The notes below the pieces were generated by a model. The model searched no databases. It had not been told where the DNA came from and saw only the letters and a list, made by a program, of their open reading frames with translations. From Octopus sinensis (lineage: Eukaryota), in contig NW_021831286.1 in assembly GCF_006345805.1 (NCBI RefSeq), positions 423,742-487,741 on the forward strand: a stretch of 64,000 bases of DNA, read 5' to 3'. Position 1 is the first letter of the stretch; each line of letters starts with the position of its first letter. The position numbers were made by a program, and so were the translations under genes. Of the stretch, positions 36,591-49,424 are shown one piece after another.

Positions 36591-39500
36591 TTGTCAATAT
36601 CCAATTTGAAAAAAATTATGCAACATGCTAACACTGTGACGACGCGTGCACCACCTCAAATAGATAATCTTACCAGAACTAACCTTTCTAGGGAAAGAGG
36701 CAGGCCACCCGCGTTGTGCGACAGGACTGGCAGGACCGCAATCCGCGCCATCTGTGAGAGCATTGAGTGCACGGAGCAGCAGCCATGGGCAAGACAGGCA
36801 ACCTCCCAGGTGTTGGGCAGGTTTCCAAGAATGCCCAGGAATGGTTGGCCATACTTGACTGAGCTCTTCAACAGCACCTTTAGTGCATCCCTGTCCGTTG
36901 CTGAGTTTAAAAAGTTGGCGTCTCATAGAACTGCTGCTCCGAGGGGGAGGACCAGTCAACCGGCGACTGCAGGCCCCCCGTGCAGTGTAGTGCACGAGCA
37001 GAGTTGTGATTTATCACTACTCAAGCATGTGTATGAGGTATTCTCTCGGAATCTGCCTTTTCGTCTGTCCCCCTAGCGGACCGCAGAGTGACCCGGAAGA
37101 TACCTGCGTGTAAGGTCAGAGGTGGAGTACTGACTGGTATCAACAGGGCCATTGCTCACCATTTGTTGAGTAAGCGGCCAGAGTCTCTAGAGGAGATTTC
37201 CCTCCTTTTGTATGTGGCTCAAGTTGAGGAATTGACGGTTAAGCCCAGACAACCTAGTAAGTGGAAGGACAACATCGCTGCAAAGATTTCTTTGCGCGAG
37301 GTAGAGCTGGAAGCACTGATTGGGCACATTTCGAATGTGGGAAACGGGGTCAAAGGCAAGACTCCCCCCTTGGTGCGTACTTCACCGACACAGGGCCGCT
37401 AAGTGGGACCTGAATGAAGTCGTTAGGGCAAAGAATGAGGTAGAAGAGTCTATTCTTGTTTACAAGAAGAAACTCTCTACCTATGAATCGAGGTGTAAAC
37501 ATAATCGAGAGAACAACCTGTTTGAGTTTAATCGCAGGATGTTTTATCGTCATTTAAACGATGATGGGGTGAAGGAGGGTAGCCAGCAAGACTCGGAGAT
37601 GTTAGCCACATGGGGGAGTGTGTGGAAAGTCCGACCTCGCAAGGGAAAAGTGGACTTTAGCCTAGAGTCCACCAGACCCTTGATGACCGAGTCTTGCAGT
37701 GTCTTTGACATTCGCAAGAAGTTCGATGAGGCAGTTTCCCGTCTTCCAGATTGGAAAACTACCGGGATTGATAAAGTATTTAATTTCTTTATAAAACGCT
37801 GTACCTCATTGCACGATTGTATGTTTAATATAATCGAGAAGTGTATAGCGTCCCCGGATAGTATCCCAAGCTGGTTGTGCACTGGTGTTACTTATTTGAT
37901 ACCAAAAGTGTCCTGTCCAGCGTCTCCGGCAGATTATCGCCCGATAACCTGCATGCCCACCTTATACAAGCTGATGACCAAGTTGGTGGCTAATGAGGTC
38001 AGAGGATTTGTTGAGGTTAATGGCATTCTATCCGAGAATCAGCTCGGAACTGTGAGGAATTGCCAGGGAGCAAAGGAGCAGGCATTGATCAACAAGTGTC
38101 TTTCTAACGCTTACGGAAACTCACTTATGTCTATGTGGGTGGATGTCAAGAAGGCATTTGACTCCGTTGATCATGCATATCTCATCGAATGTCTGTGTCT
38201 GCCTGTGTGGTTCATTAGTTTTGTTAAAGCTGTGATGAGTATGTGGAGTGTTCATCTCGAGTATAACAAACACACAATCGGTGAGGTAAAACTGGAGAGG
38301 GGGATTTATAAGGAGATAGCATGTCGCCGCTACTCTTTGTGCTCTGTCTCGAACCATTGAGTAGGCTCCTCAATGGAAGACACGAACAATTGTCTAACTC
38401 ATGAGGGACGTTTGTTTAACACGAACCACCTTGTGTTTATTGACGACATTAAATTGTTCGCTCGGTCCTCAAACCAACTCCGCTCTATGGGAGAATGTGT
38501 GAACGAATTCCTGGGGAAAATAGGATTGGAACTTAATTTTTCCAAGTCGGCGACTAACTCGCAATTAGTGGCGATCTAGTCAAGGTCTTGGAAGATCACG
38601 AGGGATATAAGTAGCTCGGGATCACTGAAAGCCCCAAATCGCTCATACTCCCAGAAACCAAGATCCAAATAATAGAGGGAGTTCGGAAGCGGGCAGCAAT
38701 GTTATGCAAAACTCATTTAAATGCAAGGAATTTATTCCATGCGTTGAATGAATATGCAATATCATTGCTTAACTATTATGTAGGTATTGTGGAGTTTGAG
38801 CCACAGGAGTACGATGATATGGATTGTATGATCCGTAGAGTACTGAGGGAAAACCATGTCCATGTGCTGGCAGCCAATAAGGAGAGGCTATATCTACCAC
38901 GTGCTCAATTCGAAGGGGCTTTGTGGAGTGGCCCATTTAAGTGAGCGTATTCTCCTGAAGATGCATGACCACCTGGTGTCTGGTGCTAGCGTATCAGATA
39001 GAATGTACGCAATCTTGCAAACGGAAAAGGCACGAGCTAGTCACCTTGGAACCATAAAGGCCTATTTGTCGGCTAAGTACGGTTTCGAGAGTGGTAGATG
39101 TGAAGGGGTTGATCAAAGTACAAAAAGAGTCTTTGATTAAAAAGATCAACTTAAAAGTCCTTCACAAGACCCTCTTCCAAGCTTTGGACAATCCGCATGT
39201 TGACGTTAAGTCGTCAACGACTTGGCTAAGATATGGAAATAATTCCCCTCGATCCGAAGGATTATTTAACTATCTGCAAGATCGAAACTTTTTCTGGAAT
39301 CGATCTAAGGTCTGTCCTCATTGTAAATTGAGGTGTTTTTCCGTAGACCACATAATTACGAAATGCGGTAGTATGCTTAACCACGACTATACGTGGAGGC
39401 ATAACGAGGTTGTACGTAGTTTACACTTAATGCTGTGCAATAAGTATGGGATTAGACGTTTCAGAAAGTTGCAAACTCATAAGGTGCAGTCTGTGGTCGA

Positions 39501-40085
39501 GAATGCCAGAGTATGCATTAAAGTGGATACTAGTATTCACACCTCGATACTTGTCCAGCACAATAAGCCGGACATTGTGGTACAAGATAAGGTCTCTGGC
39601 GAGATACTTATCATAGAAGTTGGCATCACATGTCTAGATCGTTTGACCACGGTGGAAGTAGAAAAGAAGCGTAAGTACGACCTTCTTGCAAACGAGCTTG
39701 GGTTGATGCACAGATGCAAGGTCCTTGTCATTCCTTGCGTGATGACATGGGAAGGAATTGTATCTAAGTACCACAAGGGTTATCTCAGGCAGTTGGGAGT
39801 CGATAGGTACATTCAGGTCTATATGCAGTTTACTGTTCTGAAAGGAACTCTAGATAGTGCATCTGTTGATGCGCGCAGATCCAGCCCCCTAATGCCACAT
39901 GGGCAGAATTGTCGGCAGGAAAATGCTCTCACAGAGCTATTCTTTCGACCAGAAGCAGAAGAGGCTGGTCTCCAGACTTCAGATGCGGACGGGTCGATCA
40001 TATCATTACATAAAAACCTTTAAAGGAAAACTATCTTTACTTGTCGTATGTCATAGCCCCTGATAGTGTCCGGGGTGATGAGAAC
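36591..40085 (+). mobile_element. Near full-length R4/Dong-like RT-RLE retrotransposon with frameshifts and stops
   Basis: DYRPITCMPTLYK, VDVKKAFDSVDH, FIDDIKLF, CCHC-type CPHC..H..TKC, RHNEVV, KPDIVV, KYDLLANEL. Confidence 0.9.
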
Positions 40086-40087
40086 GA

Positions 40088-40520
40088 TTGATCACTTAAA
40101 AACACTATGAGATATGCGATCTAATATTTACATTGTTTATAAGCTACTAGGTAGAATTATGTTTTAATTAAAATAATGTTTGTTGTCATTAATAAATTAT
40201 TTTAATTTTTGGTTACCCAATTATTAATAGAAAACCTAATAAATTATGCACGTGTAAACACGCGGTTAACATACCTTGTTGTTGGATTACATTATTTGGT
40301 CGATCTTTATTTTTTTATTTAATTGGATTCAGAAGGGATATTCTGCGATGTAGTTTCTTTTTCTGCGATGTAATTTCTTTTAATTGTTAAATTATCTGAA
40401 ATTTCATTATTTTGTAATATTTGTAAGTTTATTCCTTCAATCTGTATATTCTACTTATTTTGAAATTTTGAAAATTGAATTTCATCCTATTTTTAATGAA
40501 AATTTTTATTCGTTTTTATT
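40088..40520. repeat. Dispersed ~430-bp AT-rich repeat, second copy at 48684-49200
   Basis: Near-identical from TGATCACTTAAAAACACTATGAGATATGCG through CATCCTATTTTTAATGAAAA; the second copy has a CRE insertion and an internal ~110-bp duplication. Confidence 0.9.
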
Positions 40521-40614
40521 CTTTATATTTTGAAAGCTATTTATGATATTTTTATGATATTTTCTATTGAAACAAGAACGCCTGTTTGTTCAAAATCTCA
40601 AGCTGTGATATTAT

Positions 40615-41146
40615 TAATTAATGAGATTTATTCAAAAACACCATTGAAAATAAGAAATGCGAAGATTCCAGATAGTTGGCACACGAAAACTTGCCAGCAA
40701 TGCGAAGAGCGTTGAAGAGCCTTCTGGTGAGAATGTTGAAGTGGCCTTCTGGTGACCGTGCCAGCACAGTCTACAAAGCTAGACCTGTGCACAAATCCTT
40801 CTCAATTTCTTATTTTATCCCACCTTCAATTCATGCACTTGGTTATGCTGAAATCTCCTCTCCGCCTCAAACTCTACAAGTCTTCGATCTCCCCAGGAAA
40901 TGTCTTCGTTTATGCTGACAACCAACTGATCGGCAGTCTCCTTACTTTTCTAATTTATTGGGTGACACGGACAAACCACAGACTCGTCATATTTGAAAGT
41001 TTCCTCCCTTTCCTGATGGCCAATTTCCTGCCGTTTTGTTTTGAGCTTCTCGATTTCTGTTTTATGGCTGCAACTCGATGTAAATGTACAATTGATTTAT
41101 ACATTTCTTATTTTCAATGGTGTTTTTGAATAAATCTCATTAATTA
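40615..41146. repeat. Perfect 45-bp inverted repeat (40615-40659 / 41102-41146) around a patchwork of fragments
   Basis: TAATTAATGAGATTTATTCAAAAACACCATTGAAAATAAGAAATG and its exact reverse complement; partial third arm near 41208-41245. Confidence 0.85.
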
Positions 41147-41439
41147 TTTTTTATTTCGTAATTCTCTTGTGCAACTAAGTATTCGAGTAGAGAAATTAAA
41201 TTACAATTGATTTATACATTTCTTATTTTCAATGGTGTTTTTTCAGTTCAATAAATCTTAGTAATTATTTTTTAAAGTGTCGCAAATCAAACCCGGGTCT
41301 TAGATATTGTGAGTTCTCCTTTGTTGTTAACATTCTTACGGCGAAACCCATGTGGATTTACTGTTTTGAAGTAGTAAAAACTATTTTATTACTAATCATA
41401 TGAAATCAACAAATCAATTATTTCTCATCACGGAGATAT

Positions 41440-43775
41440 AAGAAAATCGTAAGTCCCAGCGGCAAGGACGCAGTGTGCGTTGCCGCGAACAATGGCCAGA
41501 CCGATGCGCTGGCGGAACCAGAGGCCCTCTCTCGGGTCCTAAAGTCTCCTCCCAATGGACTGCCCGACCTCATTGAGGAACGAGTTGGTCTCCTTTCCCG
41601 CTGCTCCAGCGGTCTCCAGGGCGATTGGTGTAACTCGGTAGCGGTCCGCGAGGGAAGAATATTTTTGTAGTTCTATCTTTTCGACGTGGTTTGCAGCCGA
41701 ACAAGGGTTCGCAGCGGAAAAATGGATCCTCGACTTTGAAAAGGCATCCACAACGGTAACATCCCATACGAGGGCCTTTGCCATCTCCCCGATCGAGTCC
41801 GATGGTTCGAGGAGGCACAAATGGCCCGCCGATTCGAGACCGGCCTTCACGATCTCATTGAGGGACTTGTGTCTGTGTTCTCTGTCTGCGCTCCTTTTGC
41901 AGGAAAGTGGGTGCAGTCCCTTTTCGTCAACGTCCTCACCGCATCTGCAGCGATGATGTGCGCAAACATCCAGGCCGAGTCGGTGACTCCGATGCCTATG
42001 GCAGCATCGTCTAGCCACGTCCCGATACTGGAGAGAGGGAGAGCATTCAGCCAGAGTGAGGGGCGGATGCCGCACGAAGGCATGCCAGGCGGTGTTGGTC
42101 AAGGGTTGCCGATTAAAACAAACTGCGAGTTTTTCAACAATTCAGAATTTGATATGAGCTATTTTTCCCTTGATGCTGCTGAAAGGCTTCCTCGTCCAAT
42201 TCGGAGCACTCAGGACATTTCTCGAATGGTTCGCAGCAAGCTTGTGCAAGGCGACGTTCGGAGTGCAGTACGTGTCATTTCCTCGAACACCACAATTGCC
42301 CCCCCTTCTGACAAAATCCTCGACCAATTGCGCTCTAAACACCCCGGTGCCCCGGATGACTTATCTGAAATCCCAGATCTGGTCACTCATTCCCATTCTA
42401 TATATCCCGTCTCTTCGACGGAAGTAACTGCCGCCCTCAGCTCTTTCCCATTCAGTAGCAGTGGGGGTATCGATGGCTTGAAACCGATTCATATAAAAGA
42501 TCTGATTTCCTCTGTGACTGCAGAGGGGGGAAGACGCTTATTGTTGGCCATCACTTCTCTCTGCTCAAGAATCATCTCTGGTACGATCCCTCCTTTCGCT
42601 AGGGACGTACTCTATTCCGCAAATCTGACTTTTCTTAACAAAAGTGATGGTGGTGTACGGCCTATCGCTGTGGGCAACATCTTCAGACGCCTTGCTGCTA
42701 AAATTATTTGTCAATCAGTGGTTCCGGAAGCAAGTGCTAAGCTTATGCCAATTCAACTGGGCGTGAAAGGAGCCTGCGAAGCAGCCGCCTACGGCATACA
42801 GCAGCTGTCTTCTGCAAAATGTATTGAAATCCCATTCCTCCTTAAAATTGATGTCAAAAACGCGTTCAACTCGATTCGGCGCGATCATATCCTTGAAATT
42901 GTCAGATGTCGTTTCCTTGCCTTATATCCGATCGTTCATCTGTCTTACGCCTCCCCCAGCTGTCTCTTGTTTGCCGACAATGTTATTATGTCCGAAACTG
43001 GTATTCAACAAGGCGACCCTCTTGGGCTCCTTTTATTCTCACTCGGTGTTGATCACATTGCCCGCCAATTGTCATCTGAGGTAAACATTTGGTACCTCGA
43101 TGATGTTACTCTCGGCAGGGCTTTGGAGACCGTCAGGAATGATATAGAAAAAATTATTTCTGGTTTTGCCTTCATTGGGCTCGCTTTGAATGGATCCAAA
43201 TCCGAGCTGATGTGCTTTTCTGCGAGCCCTTCGGAATTCAAACTTATTTTTTCAACCTTATCTCACCATATATGAAGGCCTGGGCATCACCCAGCTTGAT
43301 GACCTCATCATTCTGGGTTCGCCAATCAATAGCAAGGCTACTAAGAAGGCTTTATGTGACAAGCTCGAAGAATTGGAAACTCTAATCTTCCGCATTTCCA
43401 AACTTGAATCCCATTTAGGCCTTTTTTTGCTCAAGAACTATCTCTTTATACCGAAGCTAACTTATCTCATGCGCTCATCGCCCTGCTTTCTCGAACAAAA
43501 TCACTTGCCTCGTCTAGACAACATGGTCTCCAAAGCTCTTGAGCTTCTCGTAAATATCAAATTCAAACCTTCAGACATGCGACGGGTTAATTTACCTATT
43601 CGTTACGGGGGCATCGGCATTCGTTCTTGTGTTGATTTATCCCTCCCATGTTACCTTTCCTCGTTGTCTGCCTCTGCTAGTTCCTTCAACTCTGTTCTCT
43701 TCCCCTCCCCTGAACAGCCCGAGTTGTTGGAATATACGGCGGGTGTCAACATGTGGATTTCTCGTGGGCTCAATT
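41440..43775. mobile_element. CRE-like element with inverted architecture (RLE 3' part on -, RT part on +)
   Basis: Minus strand 42110-41440: DQHRLACL..CRCG..H.LSC..LVWDVT..QRIGLAIVRGN; plus strand 42111-43775: GDVRSAVR, RPIAVGN, QQGDPLG, YLDD. Confidence 0.85.
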
Positions 43776-44271
43776 TCAGGAAGAACATCTGCAAGTGGAG
43801 AATAGTGATTCTATATTTCTTTTAAATCATTAACAAGTCCTTCATGGTTTATTGATTCTTTTGCCCTCCGAATCAATAGGAATTCTCCTTTTAACGAATT
43901 GCATATTTCCAACACTCTGGGAAAATGCTCCACGTAGTACTTGGTTGCTCGAAGCTAGCTTCCCCAACAATAGGTTCTGGAGGTAGTCCTATTTCAGAAA
44001 ATAGTTGCCTTCGACTACTGTTTTTGAGAACAAGTCCTTTAATTGAGGCAATTAAGTTATCCACTGTAGGGTAACTTAGCTTTATCATTAAAGCACAATT
44101 GTGTATCAAATGTGCAATGCATGTTACGTGGAATAGGTTTGGGTACAAATTTTTCAGAGTGTTCCCTGCTGAAATCATGTACTTTGCCGCGTCGGTTAAC
44201 AACAAGTAAAAAAAAAAAAAAAAAAAATTGATGCGTTCGGCGAAGAATTTAATACTGTTTGGGAATTAATA

Positions 44272-45018
44272 TGTCACATGCACAACGCGCCCTACGCCCT
44301 GAGCGCACATTATTGATTCGCTAATAAATACACCGATTCAAAAGGCCAATTAAAATAAAGGCAAACATTCCGAACTAATGATTGAACTTTAAATTTTTGA
44401 AAAAATGAAGTTTTATATTTGAACCATGTTTGCTTTAAAATAGTAAAATTATTTACAACATTAGCAAATTATAATGTGAATTATTTTTATTTTTGATATT
44501 ATAAATTGCAACATTAGCAAATTATAATTTACATCAAATTTTCTTGCAAGTTTGTAATAACTTTAACTCTAACCTTAACTCTAACTAAAAATTTATAAAT
44601 GATTTCGACGTTATTTATAAACATATTCATCATAAAAAAGACACTAAAGAAAACAGACCCTAACCCTAATCCCTGACCCTAAAACTGACGCTAACCCTGA
44701 CCCTAACCCCTGATCCTGACACAAACCCCTAACCCTGACCCTAATCAACCTGGGCTCGTATTCAACCGGTCATATTTCTTATATAACTTCTTTTGTTTTG
44801 GAAAACCAAACGTGAACAATCCATAGTATATAGCGTGCGTAATATTTAAATAAAATTTAACGAAAAAAAGATATTAACAAATTAATAAATATATCATAAT
44901 ATTTTTAAAGTGCCATTTGTGTCATTATATTCAATAATTTCGAAAAAATTTATAAAAATTACAATTTGACGAATCGATAATGTGCGCTCGGGGCGTAGTG
45001 CGCGTTGTGCATGCGACA
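44272..45018. mobile_element. Non-autonomous Ginger/TDD-like MITE
   Basis: ~50-bp TIRs TGTC(A/G)CATGCACAACGCGC..., TGT...ACA ends, 5-bp TSD TAATA (44267-44271; 45019-45023). Confidence 0.85.
44658..44745 (+). repeat. Degenerate telomere-like (CCCTAA/CCCTGA)n tract
   Basis: About 13 hexamer-like units alternating CCCTAA and CCCTGA. Confidence 0.8.
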
Positions 45019-45499
45019 TAATAAGATAACTGTTTTGGGGATCAGTTATTTTCCCAATAAGAATATTGACAAATTTATCTTTACCGGCATCAGACTCATC
45101 AACAATTAAGAAAATCCTTTCATTAATTAACAATTGGATAATTTCACTAACACGTCTTTCTGCCAAAATTTTGACATTGTTTCAACATTTTGATTCTGAA
45201 GGTAACTCGAATCCAATAGTATTAAAAAAATTTATTAAACAGGATTCCGTAATTTATATAATGGAATATTTGCTGAAACAAATACTTTAGTTAGATTGAG
45301 CGAAAAATCATTAGTAAAAACAGTAGTGGGAAAAAACCTTTGAATGCTCTTTTTAGGCTCGTTCATATGCGATTTATGTTTTTGCGTCAATCTGTGTTTT
45401 TCTACAAACAATTTTTATGGAATGTTGCACAAATATCGCATATTTTACAATCATTAAATATACAAGTGATATTAAACTAATTAAACGAATTTCCAGCTC

Positions 45500-48400
45500 A
45501 ATATATCATCCTCCTCTTTGCCCCAACACGGACAACTTTGACCGGTCTCCAAACTTCTTTTAGGCAATCTAAAGGATCATTCTTCTTTTCCCGGATGAGA
45601 CGACTTTCATCAGGTTCCAATTCATAGTTCATCACTCTTCCTTTCGACTAATGTTATTATAGGAGTAGGACTCTTTTTCAAATGCTCCCGTCATTAAGTC
45701 GGTTTCGTCGAGTTTCTGATTTATGTTGTTATCAAGGAAAGTTATATTTTCTTTAAAACCGTCTTCCTCTTGGGACATCATTCCATGTTTATAATCGATG
45801 CACATACTTTCAAGAGTCTTCTTTATGATAATAGTTTGGATCTATGCTCTTACAGGGTACTCAATTTTCAGACCATTCTGGTATTGTTTGTAGTATTTAC
45901 TGACAATGGCATCCCACGTTAGTACTATGGGTACTATGTTCACTTTTGCTTTATGGATTAAAGCCAATTCACTTGCTAAGAGATCATACTTGTGGAATTT
46001 TTCGACTTCGACTTTTTTAAGAATTTGCTGCAAAGTTATTCCAATTTCGATTAGTGTAATCGTATTCTTAATTTTATCCCACACGAAAATGTCGGGCTTG
46101 TTGTTATGAACGTGTGTGTCAGTACTTATAGTAGTATCGACTCTGATCTCAACTGCTTCATTTGCAACTATAGACTGGACTGAATGGGTCTTCAATCTTT
46201 TTGACCTTTTTATTCCATACTGTCTGCAGAGATGTAAGTGAATACATCTCACTACTTCATTATGCCGTCGTAAGTAATCGCTGTTTAGCATTCGCCCACA
46301 CTTGGTAGCTAGATGGTCAACAGTTTTTTTCGCAGAGTTGCAATGTTTGCAATTCGTTTCTCTTGCTCCAAAGAGGAAATTGCGGTCTTGTAGTAAACAG
46401 AAGGATGCTTCTGATCTCGAAAAGATGTTTCCATATGTTAACCACGCGGAGGACTCCGTAACATCGACATTAGTATCTTCCAAACAATTAAAGAGGATTG
46501 AATGCAGAGGTTTTTTCCTGATTTCTGCAATTAGGTATTCATTCTGTAATCCTTGCAGTGCTTTCACATTGAGACTTCCATTGTCTCCAATTTTGTATTT
46601 TTGAGTGATAAATTCTACGATTGTGGCCATATGTGTTTTCTTTGACTTTATGACCCGCAGAATTCCCGCTCTTCTCAAACAGTAATGAGACTTCTTTTCA
46701 AGGTCTCCGAAAAATTGGAAGAGCATTCGTTCGCTTTTTTGAGTTATAGATACGAGTCCTCTTCCAAGACGATTCCTGGGTAAGTATAATCTTTCTTTGT
46801 TCGCCGGCTTCAGCATAATCTTTCTTTAATCCAATTTGGAAGGTTAGAAGAGTCAAGAATCTTAAAGAGAAAGTCGTAGTCCACTGTGTCGAAAGCTTTT
46901 CTAACATCGATCCATGCAGAGGCCAAATTATTTCCGTTTTGTTGATTGACAGACTGATTAATTATTGCTCGCTCTTTGGCTCCTTGACACATTCTTTTGG
47001 TTCCCAACTGATTATCACTAACGAGACGATATGCATCGATGTAGTCTGATAATTTCCTGTTCACACATTTCTTAGTCAGTTTATATAAATTGGGCATGCA
47101 TGTAATCGGTCTTAGGTCTTTAGGAGAGTTGCAAACTTCTTTCTTAGAAATAAGATAGGTAATTCCTGAATAGAACCATTCGGCTGAACAGTATTTCCCG
47201 TTTATAATCTTTATAATTTCTTTGCACAGAAATTCATGAATCGAAGTAAATTTCTTTATAAAGAACTTATATACTCCATCACACCCAGCTGCTTTCCAGT
47301 TTGGTGATACATTAATCACATCGATAATGAATTCTCTAGTGAAATCTGCATGTGTGGTTTCAGCACCAGTAGATCTGTTATTTAACGTAAATGTTTCTTC
47401 ATTCCTTTCACGTTCTTTCCATACTTCTTTCCAAAAAGATAAACAATCATCTTCATCAAATTCGAATTTAACATTTTCTTATCCTCACTCAAATTTCTGT
47501 AAAAATATCTTCTGTTAAGTTCAAAACACCAATTTTGTTTTCTGAACTCCTTTCTTGACTCGTGGATTCTGAGTTTTTTTTCCAAAATTTTTATTTCATC
47601 CTGAATGTAAGAAATTCTTTCAAATTCTCCCTTCTTAGACTTTTTGTATCTGTACTCACGAAGAGTTTCTCTAATTTCATCATCAAATTTCTGGTTTGTT
47701 TTCTGTAAGTCGAATGAATTAATTTGATCCAACTTCTTATTCAGATTAATCAGTTTTTCATTAATGCGCTCACTCCAGTTGCTTTTTCTTCGAGTCGACA
47801 TTGTCAGGTATTCATAAGTTAATTGCCCCGCATATACAAAATCTGTAATGTCATCTAAATTTTTTGGATAATTGGATTTGGAAAATTCCCAGATTGCTGA
47901 ATTAATCCCATTTAAAATTTCCTTCTTTAGTAACTGATAAGGCACTTTTCTTGTTGTCTTTCGTAAATCACGTGGGATTGATATTACTTTCTCTATTTGG
48001 AAACAAAATTCTTTATAGCATTTTCTAAAATTGGAGACTTCAGTTTTTGGGTCATTTGCATCAGATATTTTGTCGATGAAAATTTTGGCCTTTTTTCCTT
48101 TGACTTTCAACAACATCTTTATGTTAGAAACTGACTTGGTAGAAGAGAACTTTTCATTGAAAGCTTTTGTTATAAGAGGCTATCCTCCATACAGTATTCG
48201 ATCGAATCTTGATTTAATAGCTTGAACTACTTCATGGATCCATTCCAGTTTGTCATCCGTTTGTACTTGATCCATAATTGCTTGTAAAGATAGTAGTCTT
48301 GTTCGAAAAACAGGTTCTGTAACACAGGGATGAGGTTCGATGTGGATTTCTTGAGCTTTATGCTGCCCCCTGACCACTTTCTCTACGTTAGTAGTGTTTT

Positions 48401-48530
48401 CTCTATCAATATTCTTCGTAGATAGGTCATTAGGATATGTTTCATTCATCTTGCTTGAAACAGACATGCAGTACAGAACAAGAAAACAGTAATCCTGCAT
48501 ATTTTACAATATAATGATCCGTCGGGAGTA
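45500..48530 (-). mobile_element. R4/Dong-like retrotransposon, second subfamily, internally deleted in RT
   Basis: LRPITCMPNLYK and IDVRKAFDTVD jump directly to ANKERLYLPR (YxDD region missing); CKHC..H..TKC, KYDLLASEL. Confidence 0.88.
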
Positions 48531-48763
48531 ATTTAAAATTCACTAGGGAATTCATTAATAATTTTAGATAAGCAGAAAATTACAAATTGACAAAAAATAC
48601 AAAAATTGACAAAGTTGACCTAAAAATAGAAAAATTGACCAAGTTGACCAAAAGTTGACATTATTGACTTTTGGTTGCCCTACTGATCACTTAAAAACAC
48701 TATGAGATATGCGCTCTAATATTTACACTGTTTATAAGCTACTAGGTAGAATTTTGTTTTAAT

Positions 48764-48886
48764 TTTTTTTAAATAGAGAAGTCAACTAAATTAAATGAGT
48801 CGCCGACCGGATGGACAGGCAATTTCCACGTAATATCGCGAACGATATCCGCTGAAAAAGCCAGCTCGTAATGTTTGTTTTCATTG
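48764..48886 (-). mobile_element. 123-bp 5'-truncated CRE insertion with A tail
   Basis: WLFQRIS..RGNC end, 9-bp TSD TGTTTTAAT (48755-63; 48887-95); the empty site is seen in the 40088 repeat copy. Confidence 0.8.
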
Positions 48887-49424
48887 TGTTTTAATTAAAA
48901 TAATGTTTGTTGTCATTAATAAATTATTTTAATTTTTGGTTACCCAATTATTAATAGAAAACCTAATAAATTATGCACGTGTAAACACGCGGTTGACATA
49001 CCTTGTTGTTGTATTACATTATTTGTCGATCTTTATTTTTTTATTTAATTGGATTCAGAAGGGAACTTCGCGATGTAGTTACTTTTAATTGTTAAATTAT
49101 CTGAAATTTCATCATTTTGTAATATTTGCAAGTTTATTCCTTAAATCTGTATATTATACCTATTTTGAAATTTTGAAAATTGAATTTCATCCTATTTTTA
49201 ATGAAAATTTTTATTCTTTATACAACATTCTTGCATTTTCTTAAAGACAGGACAAAGTCGCTGTGCATCGGATATAAATTATCTGAAATTTCATCATTTT
49301 GTAATATTTGCGAGTTTATTCCTTCAATCTGTATATTCTATTTATTTGAAATTTTGAAAATTGAATTTCATCCTATTTTTAATGAAGAGGAGGAGGAAGA
49401 ATTGTTTTAAAGAATTGTGTTTTC

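Larger units (their letters stand above)
43780..45480 (-). mobile_element. hAT (CGGBP1/DUF659-like) transposase relic split by a Ginger MITE
   Basis: FVSANIPLYKLRNP, IFLIVDES, LTDAAKYM..HVTCIAHLIHN. Confidence 0.7.
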
